Below, in pieces: positions 52,243-64,000 of a stretch of 64,000 nucleotides of DNA. Origin of the DNA: Mobula hypostoma (taxonomy: Eukaryota); NCBI RefSeq assembly GCF_963921235.1, contig NC_086097.1:170936001-171000000 (forward strand), written 5' to 3'. Under the pieces are notes generated by a model. It was not told where the DNA came from. It saw only the letters and a list, made by a program, of their open reading frames with translations, and made no database searches. Position 1 is the first letter of the stretch; every line of letters begins with the position of its first letter. Made by a program: the position numbers and the translations under genes.

Positions 52243-55069
52243 GCACCCAACTCCTGTCCATGTGCCCAGGATGCAGAATAAACCCATGCTGGTGAACAAT
52301 ACATCGATAGGCCTGTGATGTGATCAATGTGTTGCAAATAAATCCGTGAACAAATTAAAGAAAAGCCAGCTTTGAGGTGTTGCGATTTGAGAGATCAAAT
52401 ATAAAGTGAGAGAAGATGGTTATAGGCAGAAGCCTTAATAGTGTTGATGTGCTGATGGTGCTTTAGGAGCAAGTCCATGGCTCTGTGAAAGTGGCTGCAC
52501 ATATTAATAAGATATTACGGAATGAACATTGCATGCTTTTATTAGACGAAGCACTGGGCTCAAGGGTAAAGAATGTAATGTTGCCTTATAATAGAACTCT
52601 AGTTAGTCCCCATCTGGAGTACTGCATTCAGTTCCGATCATCTCATCATAGCAAAGCTGTCAAGGCTTTGGAGATGGTGCAGAAAAGGTTTACCAGGATG
52701 CTGCCTGGATTAGAGGGCATATACTATAAACACAGGGGTTGGACAAACTTGGCTTGTTTTCTCTGAAGTGGTGGAGGCTGAGAGAAGATCTGATTTTTGA
52801 ATTTATAATCAAAGAATGTATAAATTATACAACTTCAAAGGTTTCAAAGGCACATTTAATGTCAGAAATGCATACAATATACATCCTGAAATGTTTTTTC
52901 TTCGCAACCATCCACAGAAACAAAGGAGTGCCCCAACGAATGAACAACAGCTAAATGTTAGAACCCCAAAGTACCCCCCCAGCTCCCCTCCCTCCTGAGC
53001 ATAAGCGGCAGCAATCAATGAATCCCCTCCCCCAACCTGCAAAAAAAAAGCATCAGCACCCACCACCAAGCTCTCAAGCATGCAGCGAAAGCAATAGCAA
53101 AGACACAGACTTGCAGAGCTCCAAAGACTCTGCTTTCACCCAGTATTTGACATACCACAGGTTCTCTCTCTCCCTACTGAGGGAAAAAGCGATGTCTCCG
53201 TTTCAAAGAGATGTCACCTTGAGACTTATAAACTTCTAAGAGTAGATAACTGGTATCTTTTTCCTAGAGCCAGTATGTCAAATATAAAGATGAAGATTAA
53301 GTATATTTGTCATATGTACATTGAAACATAACCACGAAATATATTGTTTGGTCAATAAACAACACAGTCCAAGAATATGCTGGGGGCAGCCTGCAAGTGT
53401 AGCCAACAGAGCACATCCAGAAATTACTACCCTAAACTGTACATCTTTTCGAATGTGGCTGGAAAGTGGAGTACATGGAGGAGACCCACACGGTCACAAA
53501 CTCCTTACAGGCAGTGCCAGTAATTAAGCCCTGAATCACTGGCACTGTAAAACCCTGTGCTAACCACAAAGCTACCATGTCCCCTGTATATTATATTAAT
53601 TCTAGAGGGATTCATTTAAGGTGAGCGGGGATAAAGTTGAAAGCAGATGTGCAGGGCAATTTTTCACTCAGACTGATGGGTGCCTGGTGTGGTAGTGGAG
53701 GCAAATACAACAATGGGTATTTTAAAGATAGACACATGACTGTGTGGAGAATGGAGGGATGGTGGACATTGTGTAGGCAGAAGGGATTAGTTTAGATAAA
53801 TACTTAGATACTGGTATAGTTAGTTTGGCACTACATTGCAGGCTGAAGGGCCTTTTCTATGTTCTGCTTTCTGAATGAAGTCTGAAATGGGTCACTTTGG
53901 TAACGCACAATGTAGGTGGGTTTGCTGAGTTCTTCCAGCATTTTGTGTGGGTTTTTTGGATTCCCAGCATCTGCAGATTTTCTTTTGCTTGACATAGGTG
54001 GGATGACACCTCCAGCGTTCAGTTTTAACTGAATTCCTTACTCAACTAGGGCAGTTTAGCACTTCTAGTCATAGATAATAAAGCTCCCAACCCAAGGCAC
54101 TTCCAATGTTACTGTCACTTCTACGAACATGGAAGTGTGCGTGTGTGTGTGTATAATGTATGATGAATAGAAATGGATGGTTAATGGTGATGTGGACTCA
54201 GTGCCAGCGGAACTCAACAAGTCAGGTAGCTTCTATGGAGGCTAATGAAGTGTCGATGTTTCAGGCTGAGACCTTTCAGGGCTAGAAAGGAAGGGATAAA
54301 AGAAAGCCAGAATAAGAAGGCGGTGGAAGGAGGGAGGTGATATGTAGAAGAGCTAAAGGGCTGAGAAGAAGGAACCTGATAGTAGATGACAGTGGACCAT
54401 GGAATAAAGGGAAGTAGGTGGAGAACCAGAGAGAGGTGATAGGCAGGTTATGAGGGCAAGGGAGGGGCCTGTTTCCAAATTGTATCTCTCTAGAAATCTC
54501 TAACTCCAGTAATTGAAATGATTAAAGCCATTTGATAAAATGCAAATAAATAAACACATAAGTTCCCACATCCTTCCCCAGAATCTTGTCACCCTCCAGT
54601 TAAATAGATCAGGGATATTGCACGAGTTCAACCTCACCTGATATAAGATAGTAGCAGACTCCCCACCACCAGCTTTTAGGTGAAGTTCAATGGATGACCA
54701 TATTGGAAGAAATAATTTGTAAGTCAAGTGAAGCATATTGCTGTGTGCTCAAGTACAGTGAGGTACAGCAGTGTTCATCCAATGACTTCTGTGTATTCCA
54801 GATATGACCCAGATTGGACAGTCATGTGTTGTGCTTATTTTGCAGTTGTGTGAGACTGTCACTGACATTCTGCAATAATCAATCTTCAGGTCTCAAGATG
54901 TACATAGAATGTGTATTGTCTTGCAAATAATCACTTTGTTGAAGATATTTCTGAGTATATCAATAATGTGTCTTGATGTATTTTGGTAGACAATATGAAA
55001 AATCATTGCTCTTTATAGAGTCACAGAGTCACGTAGAAGAAACAGGTCCTTCAGCCCATCACATATATG

Positions 55070-57222
55070 CTAACCAAGTGCTAACCAAGTACCATATCCG
55101 ATGTGGACTTTGGTGACAATGGATTTCCATATAGACCTATCCTTCGTTTTTTGGATGACTTCCATTTCCTCGATGTGTAGCCACCTGGCTATGCTTTTGA
55201 TGTACATAAGCCAAAGTCTTCCTCTAGGTTTGCTCCCCTCAATCTTTCCAGAGAGTATGAGTTTTTCTAGTTCATCTTTCCGCATGACGTGTCCTAGGAA
55301 TCTGAGTTGTCTTTCTTTTATGAGTGATCGAACTGCTTGGGCTCTTCTGAGAACTTCTTCATTTGATGTGTGTGTGTGTGTCCATGATATTTTTAACATT
55401 CTCCTGTAGAACCATAATGCAGTTGCTTCTAGTCGCTTTTCCATTGCTGGAGAAATGATCCAGCATTCACTTCCATAAGTCAGGATAGAATAAATGTACC
55501 ACTGCAGTATTCTGTTTTTAGTGTATGTGCTCATCTTTCTGTCTGTTAATATGGTCTTCATTTTTTGGAAAACTTCTTTCGCCATTGCTATTCTGTATTT
55601 GATATCTGTGTCGCACCTGCCATTACTTGTTAGGCTGCCAAGGTATTTGAATTTGTTGACTTGTTTGATGTTTGTATTTCTGATCTTGATCAAACATTGT
55701 GGGATGTTTGTCTTTCTGGAGATGACCATGCTTTCTGTCGTCTTGGTGTTGATTAAGAGGCCTCTGCGATTACTTTCTGCTGCCACTATAGTGAGTAGTT
55801 CTTGAAGTTTTGTTTCTGAGTCAGCTATTAGTACGATGTTATCAGCATATCTGATGTTATTTATATTATGGCCTCCAATTGGGAATCCTTTGATGTCTTT
55901 GAAACTTCTTAAGATATTTTCACTATACAGGTTGAATAAGTCTGGCAAAAAGACACAACCTTGCCTGACTCCTCTCATGATATTCACATACTCACCCACT
56001 TCTTCTATTCTGATGGATGCTGTCTGGTTCCAGTATAAGTTTCTCAAGAAACGTATATCTTTCCCATCTATGTCAAGATCTTGAAGCATTTCCAGAAGAT
56101 CTTGCTGTCTGACAGTGTCAAAAGCTTTTGTATAGTCAATGAAACATAGGTAGATGTCTTTTTGTACCTGGATGGCTCGTTCACAGATCATCCATAGCAT
56201 GAAAATTGCATTTCTGGTTCCAGTGTTTTCCACAAAGCCGCATTGTTCTTTACTGATGTCTGGTTTTATACAGTGTCTTGTTCTCATCGCGATTACTCTG
56301 AGAATAATTTTTGTCACGTGGCTCATCAGGCTTATTGTACGATGTAACTCGCATTCTGTTGCTCCCTCTTTCTTTGGAAGTGTGACGAACACTGATTTAC
56401 TTAAATCATCAGGTATCTCCCCATGATCATAGATTTCATTTGCTATTTCTGTTATTTTCTCTATTCCAAAATCTTCTAAGGCCAGTATCATTTCAACAGC
56501 GATGTTGTCTGGACCAGTTGTTCTGTTATGTTTTGTTTTATTTACGGCCGCTCGAATTTCTGATTTTAGAATGCTAGGTCCTTCAAGATTCTTCTTCATG
56601 TTCGGTTTTTCTCCTCTTTGGTCTTCAAAAAGTTCTTTTATATATTCTGTCTATCTGTTTAGGATTTCCTCTTTGTTCATAATGTTCTTTTGCCTTGATG
56701 CATCCACTTGCTGAGCAAGGTAATTTCCCTGTTAGTTCTTTAATCTTATTGTGCATCAACTTTGTTCCAGAGTTATGGGTTTGTAGCATTTCTATCTTGG
56801 AGCATTTCTCACTTAGCCATCTGTCTTTAGCTTCTCTGCATTTTCTTTTTATTGTCTTATCAAGATGTTTGTATTCTTCGCTGTCTCTTAGTTTGATTGT
56901 CTGTTTTTGTTGCATCAATTGTATTATATCTTCAGTTATCCATTTCTTCTTACTTTTCCGTTCTTTTCGTGGGATGGTTTCTTTTGCAGCTACAACCATG
57001 GATTCCTTCAGTATGTCCCAGGAAGATTTGCCTCCTTTATCCTGCATCAATTGAAAAGTTTTTCACCTTGATTGTGTATTCTGTTTTCAGATGAGGGTTG
57101 TTTTGTAGTTGTTGATAATCCAGTGATTCTGATCTTTTTGGTTTCTTTAATTTTCTCATCTTTATTTTCATTTTGCAAATGACTGGTACGTGGTCGTTTC
57201 CACAGTCTGCTCCAGGGTAGCT
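55070..57222 (-). mobile_element. RTE-clade (BovB-like) LINE, 5'-truncated, with a 509-codon open RT frame
   Basis: End of endonuclease YPGADCGNDHVPV, then TGPDNI, HRTISLMSHVTKI, EQCGF..NTGTRNAIF, CFIDYTKAFDTV, GVRQGC..PDLFNLYSE, NNIRYADNIVL (YADD to YADN), FKYLGS, RQLRFLGHVMRK; frameshift near 56625. Confidence 0.93.
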
Positions 57223-57513
57223 TTTAGATTGAGTTGTCGAGTTTTTGCATATTATACTGATCTAATTTACCAGCACTTGGTCCATAGCCTTCTATGCTTT
57301 GGTGATTCACCTGGCACTTTGATACTGTTGTGACAGTTGCCTCCCTCCAACACCCACTCAGATAAAGTATTTCAGATTCCGAAAAATGTTCTGCACGTCT
57401 CATCAAAACCCCAAAGTTCTAGACCACTCTGTTTCGAAAAAGAGCTTTTCACTATTGGTACTATTATAACTTTTTTGTGTGTGTGATCTTGATTGCACGC
57501 ACAAACGCACGCG

Positions 57514-57514
<1 letters not shown>

Positions 57515-57570
<56 letters not shown>
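57515..57570. repeat. (CA)n microsatellite, about 28 units
   Basis: Perfect CA run. Confidence 0.95.
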
Positions 57571-57574
<4 letters not shown>

Positions 57575-59289
57575 CCACCACTCTAAATAAAACTAAGCCG
57601 GCTGATCCTGTCTCTCCTCATAACTGCAACATTTAATCACATCCTACACACCCTTGTCAATTTTTCTGTACTCAGCATGGGAAAGCTATTAAAACTCACT
57701 CAAATCAAGGTCCCTTATTAGTCATGTTTAAAGCACTGGGTTTTGTTTGGCCAACTATTTACTGAGAGATTGAATTCAGGATCCAGGCCAATCTCATGAA
57801 ATTGATGCTAAAGTGTGAATTCCATTCTCTATGGCTTGATGACTCACGTTGAGCTCCAGCATTAACAGTAATTACATAGTTTTCCCCTGTTGTTGAGCTT
57901 TCACCCAGTTGCCAAACCAATTTAATGAGAAAACTATCACTAACATTTCTAAGGCTGGTTTGCCCCTGGTTTAAAAAGTGCATGTGAGGGACCAATTAAA
58001 AGCTTGAATCCAGCACACATTGTTCTCATTTCTCAGAGGATGTACTTAAATTCTCCCAAGCACTCATGGATAATGTAAGATCCTAGAGCATGTTATTGAT
58101 AAGGTACAGGAGGAACTGCTTGGCAATGATATCCTTGCTTATGTTTCTTCTGAATTCCTCCCAATCTCCCTTGATCTATTACTGATATGACTAGGAAGGA
58201 TGGATGGATCCCAGATATTGAATGAGAAAGATTCCTGAATGCTTCAAAGAATAATCAAGGGCACAGCTTGTATCGAAAGAACAGACAGAGGGGTTGGGGA
58301 GGCTCCACTAGTTTAAAAAAGGAAATCAAATCCTTCGAAAAAGGTGACATAGGATTGAAAGATGTAGAATCTTTATGGGTAGAGTTAAGAAACAGTAAGG
58401 ATAAAAAGACTCTGATCGGAGTTGTATGCAAACCCCCAGCCAGCAGCCAGGAAGTGGAATACAAATTTCAATGGGAAATAAAAAAAAGTGATGTAATAAG
58501 GACAATGCCACAATAGTCAAGGGGGATTTCAGTATGCAATTAGATTGGGAAAATCAGGTTGGTGCTGGATCCAAAGAGAGGGAATTTGTGGAATGCCTAC
58601 GAGGTGGCTGTTTAGAGCAGCTTGTGGTGGCATCCACTAGGAAAATGGCAATTCCAGATTGAATTGATTTTGGATTAGAGAGTTTAAGGTAAATGAACCC
58701 TTAGGAGGCAGTGATCATAATATGATAGAATTCACCCTGCAGTTTGAGAAGCTAAAGTCAAATGCATCAGTATTACAGTAGAGTAAAGGGAATTAGAGAG
58801 GTATGAGAGAGGAGCCGGCCAAGGTTGATTGGAAGGGAAAACCAGCAGGGATGATGGCAAATCAGCAATGAGTGGAGTTTCTAGGGGAAATATGGAAGGC
58901 GCAGGAAAAATGATTTCAAAAGATGAATAAGTATTCTAAAGGCAGGATAGGGCAACCATGGGTGATAAGAGAAGTGGAAAACAACATAAAGCAAAAGACA
59001 ACATAAAGGTAAAAAGAGGGCATATAATATAGTAAAGTAAGTGGGAGTCTATAGGATTGGGACGCTTTTAAAAACCACCAGAAATAAGAAAGCAATAAGG
59101 AGCAAAGAGATGAAATATGAAAGTAAGCTAGCCAAAAATGTCAAAGAGAACACCAAAAGTTTTTCAGATATGAGTTTTTTTAAAAAAAAAAAGGCAAGAC
59201 TGGATATTGGACTGCTGGAAAAGGACGCTGAGGAGGTAGTTATGGTGGACAAACTTGAAAAGTATTTTATGTCAGTCTTCACAGTCCTC

Positions 59290-59965
59290 CTTCAAGAGAT
59301 AAGAAGGGTGAGCAGCTTCAAGTTCCTGGATGTCGACATCACTGAGGATCTATCCTGATCCCAATATATTGATGCAATTCCAATAAAGGCACAACAGTGT
59401 CTATATTTCATTAGGAGCTTGAGGAGAATTGGTGTGTCACCAAAAACTCGCAAATTTCGACAGAGGTACCATGGGGAGCATTCTAATTGGATGCACCACC
59501 ATCTGGTATGGAGGGACCACCGCACAGAATCAGAAGAAAGCAACAGATTTCTAAATTCAGCCAGCTGTATTATAGGCACCAGCCTCTTCAGCATCCAGGA
59601 ATCCATTAAAAGGCAATGTCTCAAGAAGGTGGCATCCATCATTAAGAACCTCCATTCTCTCCTCATTGAGAAGAGAATACCAAAATCCTACCTCATCAAG
59701 GAAGAGGTAGAGGAGCAAGAAGACATTCAATGTTTAGATACAGCTTCATTCCCTCCGCCATCAGATTTTTGAATGGACAATGAACCCATGAGCACTTCCC
59801 CAGTATGTTTCCCCTTTCATTTTGCATTACATATTTAAGTTATTTTTATATATACTTGTTGTAATTTATAGTTTTTATTACTATCTGTTGTGATGTTCTG
59901 CTGCTGCGAAACAACAAATATCATGGCATATGACGATGATATTAAACCTGATTCTGAATATGATT
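59290..59965 (+). mobile_element. Rex1/Babar 3' fragment nested in CR1
   Basis: RVSSFKFLDVDITEDLS, CLKKVASIIK; tail attaaacctgattctga. Confidence 0.8.
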
Positions 59966-60864
59966 CTGTGGAAGGCACTAGCAGTCTGCTAACAATTCAA
60001 GAGTGTTAGGGGGTAGAAGTGAGTGTAGTTGCTATCACTAAGGAGAGGGTGCTAAAGAAACTGAAGGGTCTGAAGGTAGATAAGCTACCTGTATCAGATT
60101 GACTACACCCCAGTGTCTGTAAAATGCTCTTTTAAGAATCATTAGACTCTGAAATGGTTCCAGAGGACTGGGAAATTGAAAATTTCACCCCACTCTTTAA
60201 GAAAGGAGGAAAGCAGAAGAAAGGAAATTATAGGCCAGTTAACCTGACCAGTGGTTGGAAACATGTTGGAGTCTATTACTAAGGATGAGGTTTCAGGGTT
60301 CTTGAAAGTAATGATAAAATAGGCCAAAGTTTCTTATGTCAAAGTCTGCTTGACAAACTTCTTGGAATTCTTTGAGGAATTAACAGGCAGGAAAGACAAA
60401 GGAGAGTTGGTGGATTTTTTTTTTGAATTTTAATAAGGCTACTTAACAAGCTAAGAGCCCATGGTATTACAGGAGAGATACTAGTATGAATAGAAGACTG
60501 GCTGATTGGCAGGAGGCAAAGAGTTGGAATATAGGAGGCCTATTCTGGTTGGCTGATGGTGACAAGTGGTGTTCTGTAGGCCTTGATATTGGGATTGTTC
60601 CTTTTCATGTTATATGTCAATGATTTGGTGATGGAATTGATGGCTTTGTGGCTACGTTTGTCGATGATACAAAATAGATGGACGGGCAAGTAATATTGAG
60701 GAAGCCGGGTCTGCAGAAAGACTTGGACAGATTGTGAGAATGGGCAAAGAAGTGGCAGATGGAGTAAGGTGTGCAGAAATGTACGGTCATACAGTTTGGT
60801 AGAAGGAATAAAGGTGAAGGCCATTTTCTAAACTGGGAGAAAAGTCAAAAATCAGAGGTGCAAT

Positions 60865-62535
60865 TGTATTATTTTTTGTAACTCGAAACCATAAAGCTAA
60901 TTGAAAGGAAAAAGACAGGCAGAGGGTATCAATCTACCTTTCGTACTGGGTTGATGGTAACCTTAAAACAAATCCTGACAAATCCATTCTTCTTGGCTAC
61001 TGGGACCACTGGTATTGCCCAGGGGCAATTTTTCCAATAGGCTTTACCTTTTCGCCAGTATAAGGTCTTAGCTGGGTGTCTACAGACTTCAGTTTAGAAT
61101 ATTTGGAAGGCCATTCAAATTCATTTTGTGGAAGGAATGAAACAGCTGAGCAAGTGTTCAATTCCACTTTAATTAATTTGATATTTACTTCTGGAATAAG
61201 CTCTATTGCTTGCCTATTGTTAGTTTTCATATTTAAATCTTAAGGCTAGCCAGTCCTGTGTTACTCTCATCATTATCAGATTTTTCATCAACAAAAAAGA
61301 TCAGTAGTCTTTCTGAAACTGCATTTTCACTTTTTAACTTTTTCTCTTTTCTGTGCAATTCATTTATTTTTGTATGCCCGATGTACTCTTTGTATGTGTC
61401 CTACTTTGTTGCATTTTCTGCAAGTTTTTCCTTTAAATCTGTATTAAACTGGTGTATGTTAGACCCTGCCGCAACAGTAACATAAGTTTATCAGCCAGGC
61501 AGGTTTCTGCCTAGAGCCGATTCTGCAATTTTGTTCACATTCACTTTCACTCCTAACTATAACTCAGTTGTATCTCTTCATGTGGTTTCCATTGAAACAT
61601 CAATTTCTAATGCTCTTTTAAATGTAAGTTGCGCTTCAGTTAGGAGTCATTTGTGAATGCTTTCTTGTAGGACTCCACAAACTAAATGATCTCTCAGTAC
61701 ATCATTAAGCCCATCACTTAACTGGCAATAATCGGACAATCTCTTCAATTTTGCCACGTGTACTGAAATGGACTCTCCTTTTGGCTTCTACTTATGAAAC
61801 CTAAAGTATTCTACAATCAAAATGGGTTCAATTCTAAATGTTCCTGTATTATATCCATAATATCAACAAAGCTCATTTCGGCTGATTTGGTTGGAGCTGT
61901 TAAACATCGAAACAAACTTTATGCCTTTAAACCCTAATGCCCTCAACAAAACTGGTACTTGTTTCTCATTGGCTGTTGTATTTGCTTTATAAGGCTGCTT
62001 AATTAACTCAGTCAGCATATCCCAGTTATTTGTCGTGTAATCAAACGTGTCAATTTGTCCAATGTAGCCAGCCATTTCTGCTCTTTTTTAAAAATCATTA
62101 TTATCACCTGGTGTTTATTGTTTATGAACCAGAGAATTTTTTAATTTTCTGACGCCTTTTAAACTTGTTTATCTTCCCTTTCGTGAAGAAAATATGCTAC
62201 TCCAAAGAAAAAGAAAGTTCTGTGCTTTTATAAAACTTTAACATCTTGATGCACTTCAACAGAAAGATAGTTGTCTCTACTTAGTTTAAAAATTTCTCAT
62301 TGACACTTATGTTTTGTAACTCTAAAAGGAAAAAAGACTGGAGCCCAGAACTTGTTTTAGTTTCATTTTTACTTTAAGTAAGGTATGTATATATGCATGA
62401 TGTGGTAGGGTCATGACCAATTTACTTATCTTTATATATAACCCGTAATGATTTATTTAAATGAAGAAGAATGTTTATTTAAGCAATATATTTACAATGT
62501 TACTCAAATACTACTGAAATATTAAATACAAAACA
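60865..62535 (-). mobile_element. Internally deleted Gypsy LTR retrotransposon (5' LTR, gag, protease, start of RT, tip of 3' LTR)
   Basis: 5' LTR about 62307-62535 starting TG; gag MAGYIGQIDTFD...LRDHLVCG, zinc knuckle CRKCNKVGH, degenerate protease ELNTCSAVS, RT start FVRIC.FKVTINPV; the LTR-end sequence ttttgtaactc...aaaggaaaaagac is repeated at about 60872-60920. Confidence 0.8.
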
Positions 62536-62556
62536 AAAGGAACTTGGGAGTCTTTG

Positions 62557-62763
62557 CAACACACATCAAAGTTGCTGGTGAACGCAGCAGGTCAGGCAGC
62601 ATCTGTAGGAAGAGGTGCAGTCGACGTCCTGACGAAGGGTCTCGGCCTGAAACGTCGACTGCACCAGGCACCTCTTCCTACAGATGCTGCCTGGCCTGCT
62701 GCGTTCACCAGCAACTTTGATGTGTGTTGCATGAATTTCCAGCATCTGCAGAATTCCTGTTGT
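62557..62763 (+). mobile_element. Foldback Penelope-derived insertion with a 13-bp TSD
   Basis: TTGGGAGTCTTTG at 62544-62556 and 62764-62776; arm 62556-62627 is the reverse complement of 62652-62730 apart from a 7-nt insertion and one mismatch. Confidence 0.9.
62626..62661 (+). ncRNA. Minimal type I hammerhead ribozyme with intact catalytic core
   Basis: GTC-CTGACGA-AGG-gtctcgg-CCT-GAAACGTC-GAC; predicted cleavage after C62656; palindromic ACGT in place of a closed stem III. Confidence 0.75.
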
Positions 62764-64000
62764 TTGGGAGTCTTTGTGCAGGATACCCTAAAGATTAACT
62801 TGCAGATGGTGAGGAAGGCAAATGCAATGTTGGTATTCATTTCAAGAGGTCGAGAATACAAGAGCAAGGATGTGATGCTGAGCCTTTATAAGACAATGGT
62901 CAGACCATACTTTTGGGCCCCTTATCTAAGAAAAGATATACTGGCATTGGAGAGGTTCCAAAGGAGGTCCAATATAATAATTCCAGGAATGAAAGCGTTG
63001 ATCTATGAGGAGCATTTGATAGTTCTGGGCCTGTATTCAGGAGTTTAGAAGAATGAGGTAGTGGTGGAGGGATATCTCATTGTAACCTATCAAGTACTGA
63101 AAGATCTGGGTAAAATGGATGTGGACCAGAGGGCACAGCCTCAGAACAGAGAGACGTCAATTTAGAGCGGGTTACGAGGAATTTCTTTATTAGAGGGAGA
63201 TGAATCTATAGAATTCATTACAACAGATGGATGTGCAGGTAAAGTCAATGGGTATTTTTAAGGATTTTTGGATAGTTCCTTGATTAATCAGATGATGGGG
63301 AGAAGGCAGGAGAATGAGGTTGGGAAGGATAATAATTTCAGCTATGATGCAATGACGGAGCAGGTACAATTGGATAAATGGCCTAATTCTGCTCTTGTGT
63401 CTTTTGGTCTTATGGTTTTTTTTTTTAACGTTCTTCCAGAAATGAGGGATTCATGGATAGACAGGAGAGGTTGGGAAGAAGTCTGATGTGTATAAGATTG
63501 TCAGGATTAAAGAGAGTCCATAGTGGTAAGATGTTCTGAATGTCCTATGGTTTAAGGACCATGGTGTTTTAATTCAAAGTTTTGGACCAAAAATACAAGC
63601 AGATATGAGGAAAACATTTTTACATCATGTGGCTATGATGTGGAACTCACTGCTTCTAGGAGGGGTGGAAACAATGGTGTGTACTTCAGAGAGAAGTGGA
63701 TAAGTATTTGAAGATTCAAGTACATTTATTATCAAAGAATGTATAAATCATAGAACCCTGAGATTTGCTTGCTCACAGGTAGCCACAAAGCATGAAACCT
63801 GAAAGAACCCAATTAAAGAAAAAAAATAAGTCTAACTCTTGATGCACAAGAAAATTTTAAAAAAGTCATGCAAACAATTGAAGCGATGAAGTGAATTGAA
63901 CAATTCAAGCATTCTGAACAATAATTGAGTCCTCAGATCTGAAACCCAGAGCAGCCCAGAGTAGGCCCAAAGCCTCATTGTTCAGTTCATCACATTAGCT

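Larger units (their letters stand above)
58200..63420 (+). mobile_element. Long decayed CR1 ORF2 (endonuclease to 3' tail) hosting three nested insertions
   Basis: ESLWVELRN..KTLIGVV, GDF, GGSDHN, GNYRPVNLT, VRKANAMLVFISRG, tail cctaattctgctcttgtgtcttttgg; interrupted at 59290-59965, 60865-62535 and 62557-62763. Confidence 0.85.

Noticed and set aside
55101..57054. Series of plus-strand ORFs over the RTE element
   Set aside because: Antisense shadows of the RTE reading frame.

Overview
Eukaryotic (vertebrate) genomic DNA. A cartilaginous fish is my inference from the HE1-like V-SINEs and the CR1, Rex1/Babar and Penelope repeat landscape. The only host protein-coding content is the last two exons of a type II classical cadherin closely resembling CDH7 (+ strand, 2250-2501 and 9482-9975), followed by an AT-rich 3' UTR with several AATAAA signals. 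The rest is intronic and intergenic DNA dominated by nested, decayed transposons: CR1, Rex1/Babar, RTE, Nimb/I (with RNase H), R4/Dong, Penelope, a Gypsy LTR remnant, Tc1 elements, SINEs and microsatellites. The most notable observations are: (1) a dispersed family of Penelope-derived minimal hammerhead-ribozyme motifs, including short TSD-flanked copies that begin at the ribozyme and a foldback copy with an intact core at 62557-62763; (2) an 842-bp non-repeat insert in a CR1 carrying a clean 57-nt exon-like unit; (3) CTCF-like motifs in unique DNA about 40 kb downstream of the gene; (4) an R4/Dong LINE and a nearly intact RTE. Most short ORFs in the track are TE fragments or noise. All family assignments come from motif recognition by eye, not from database searches, and repeat boundaries are approximate.
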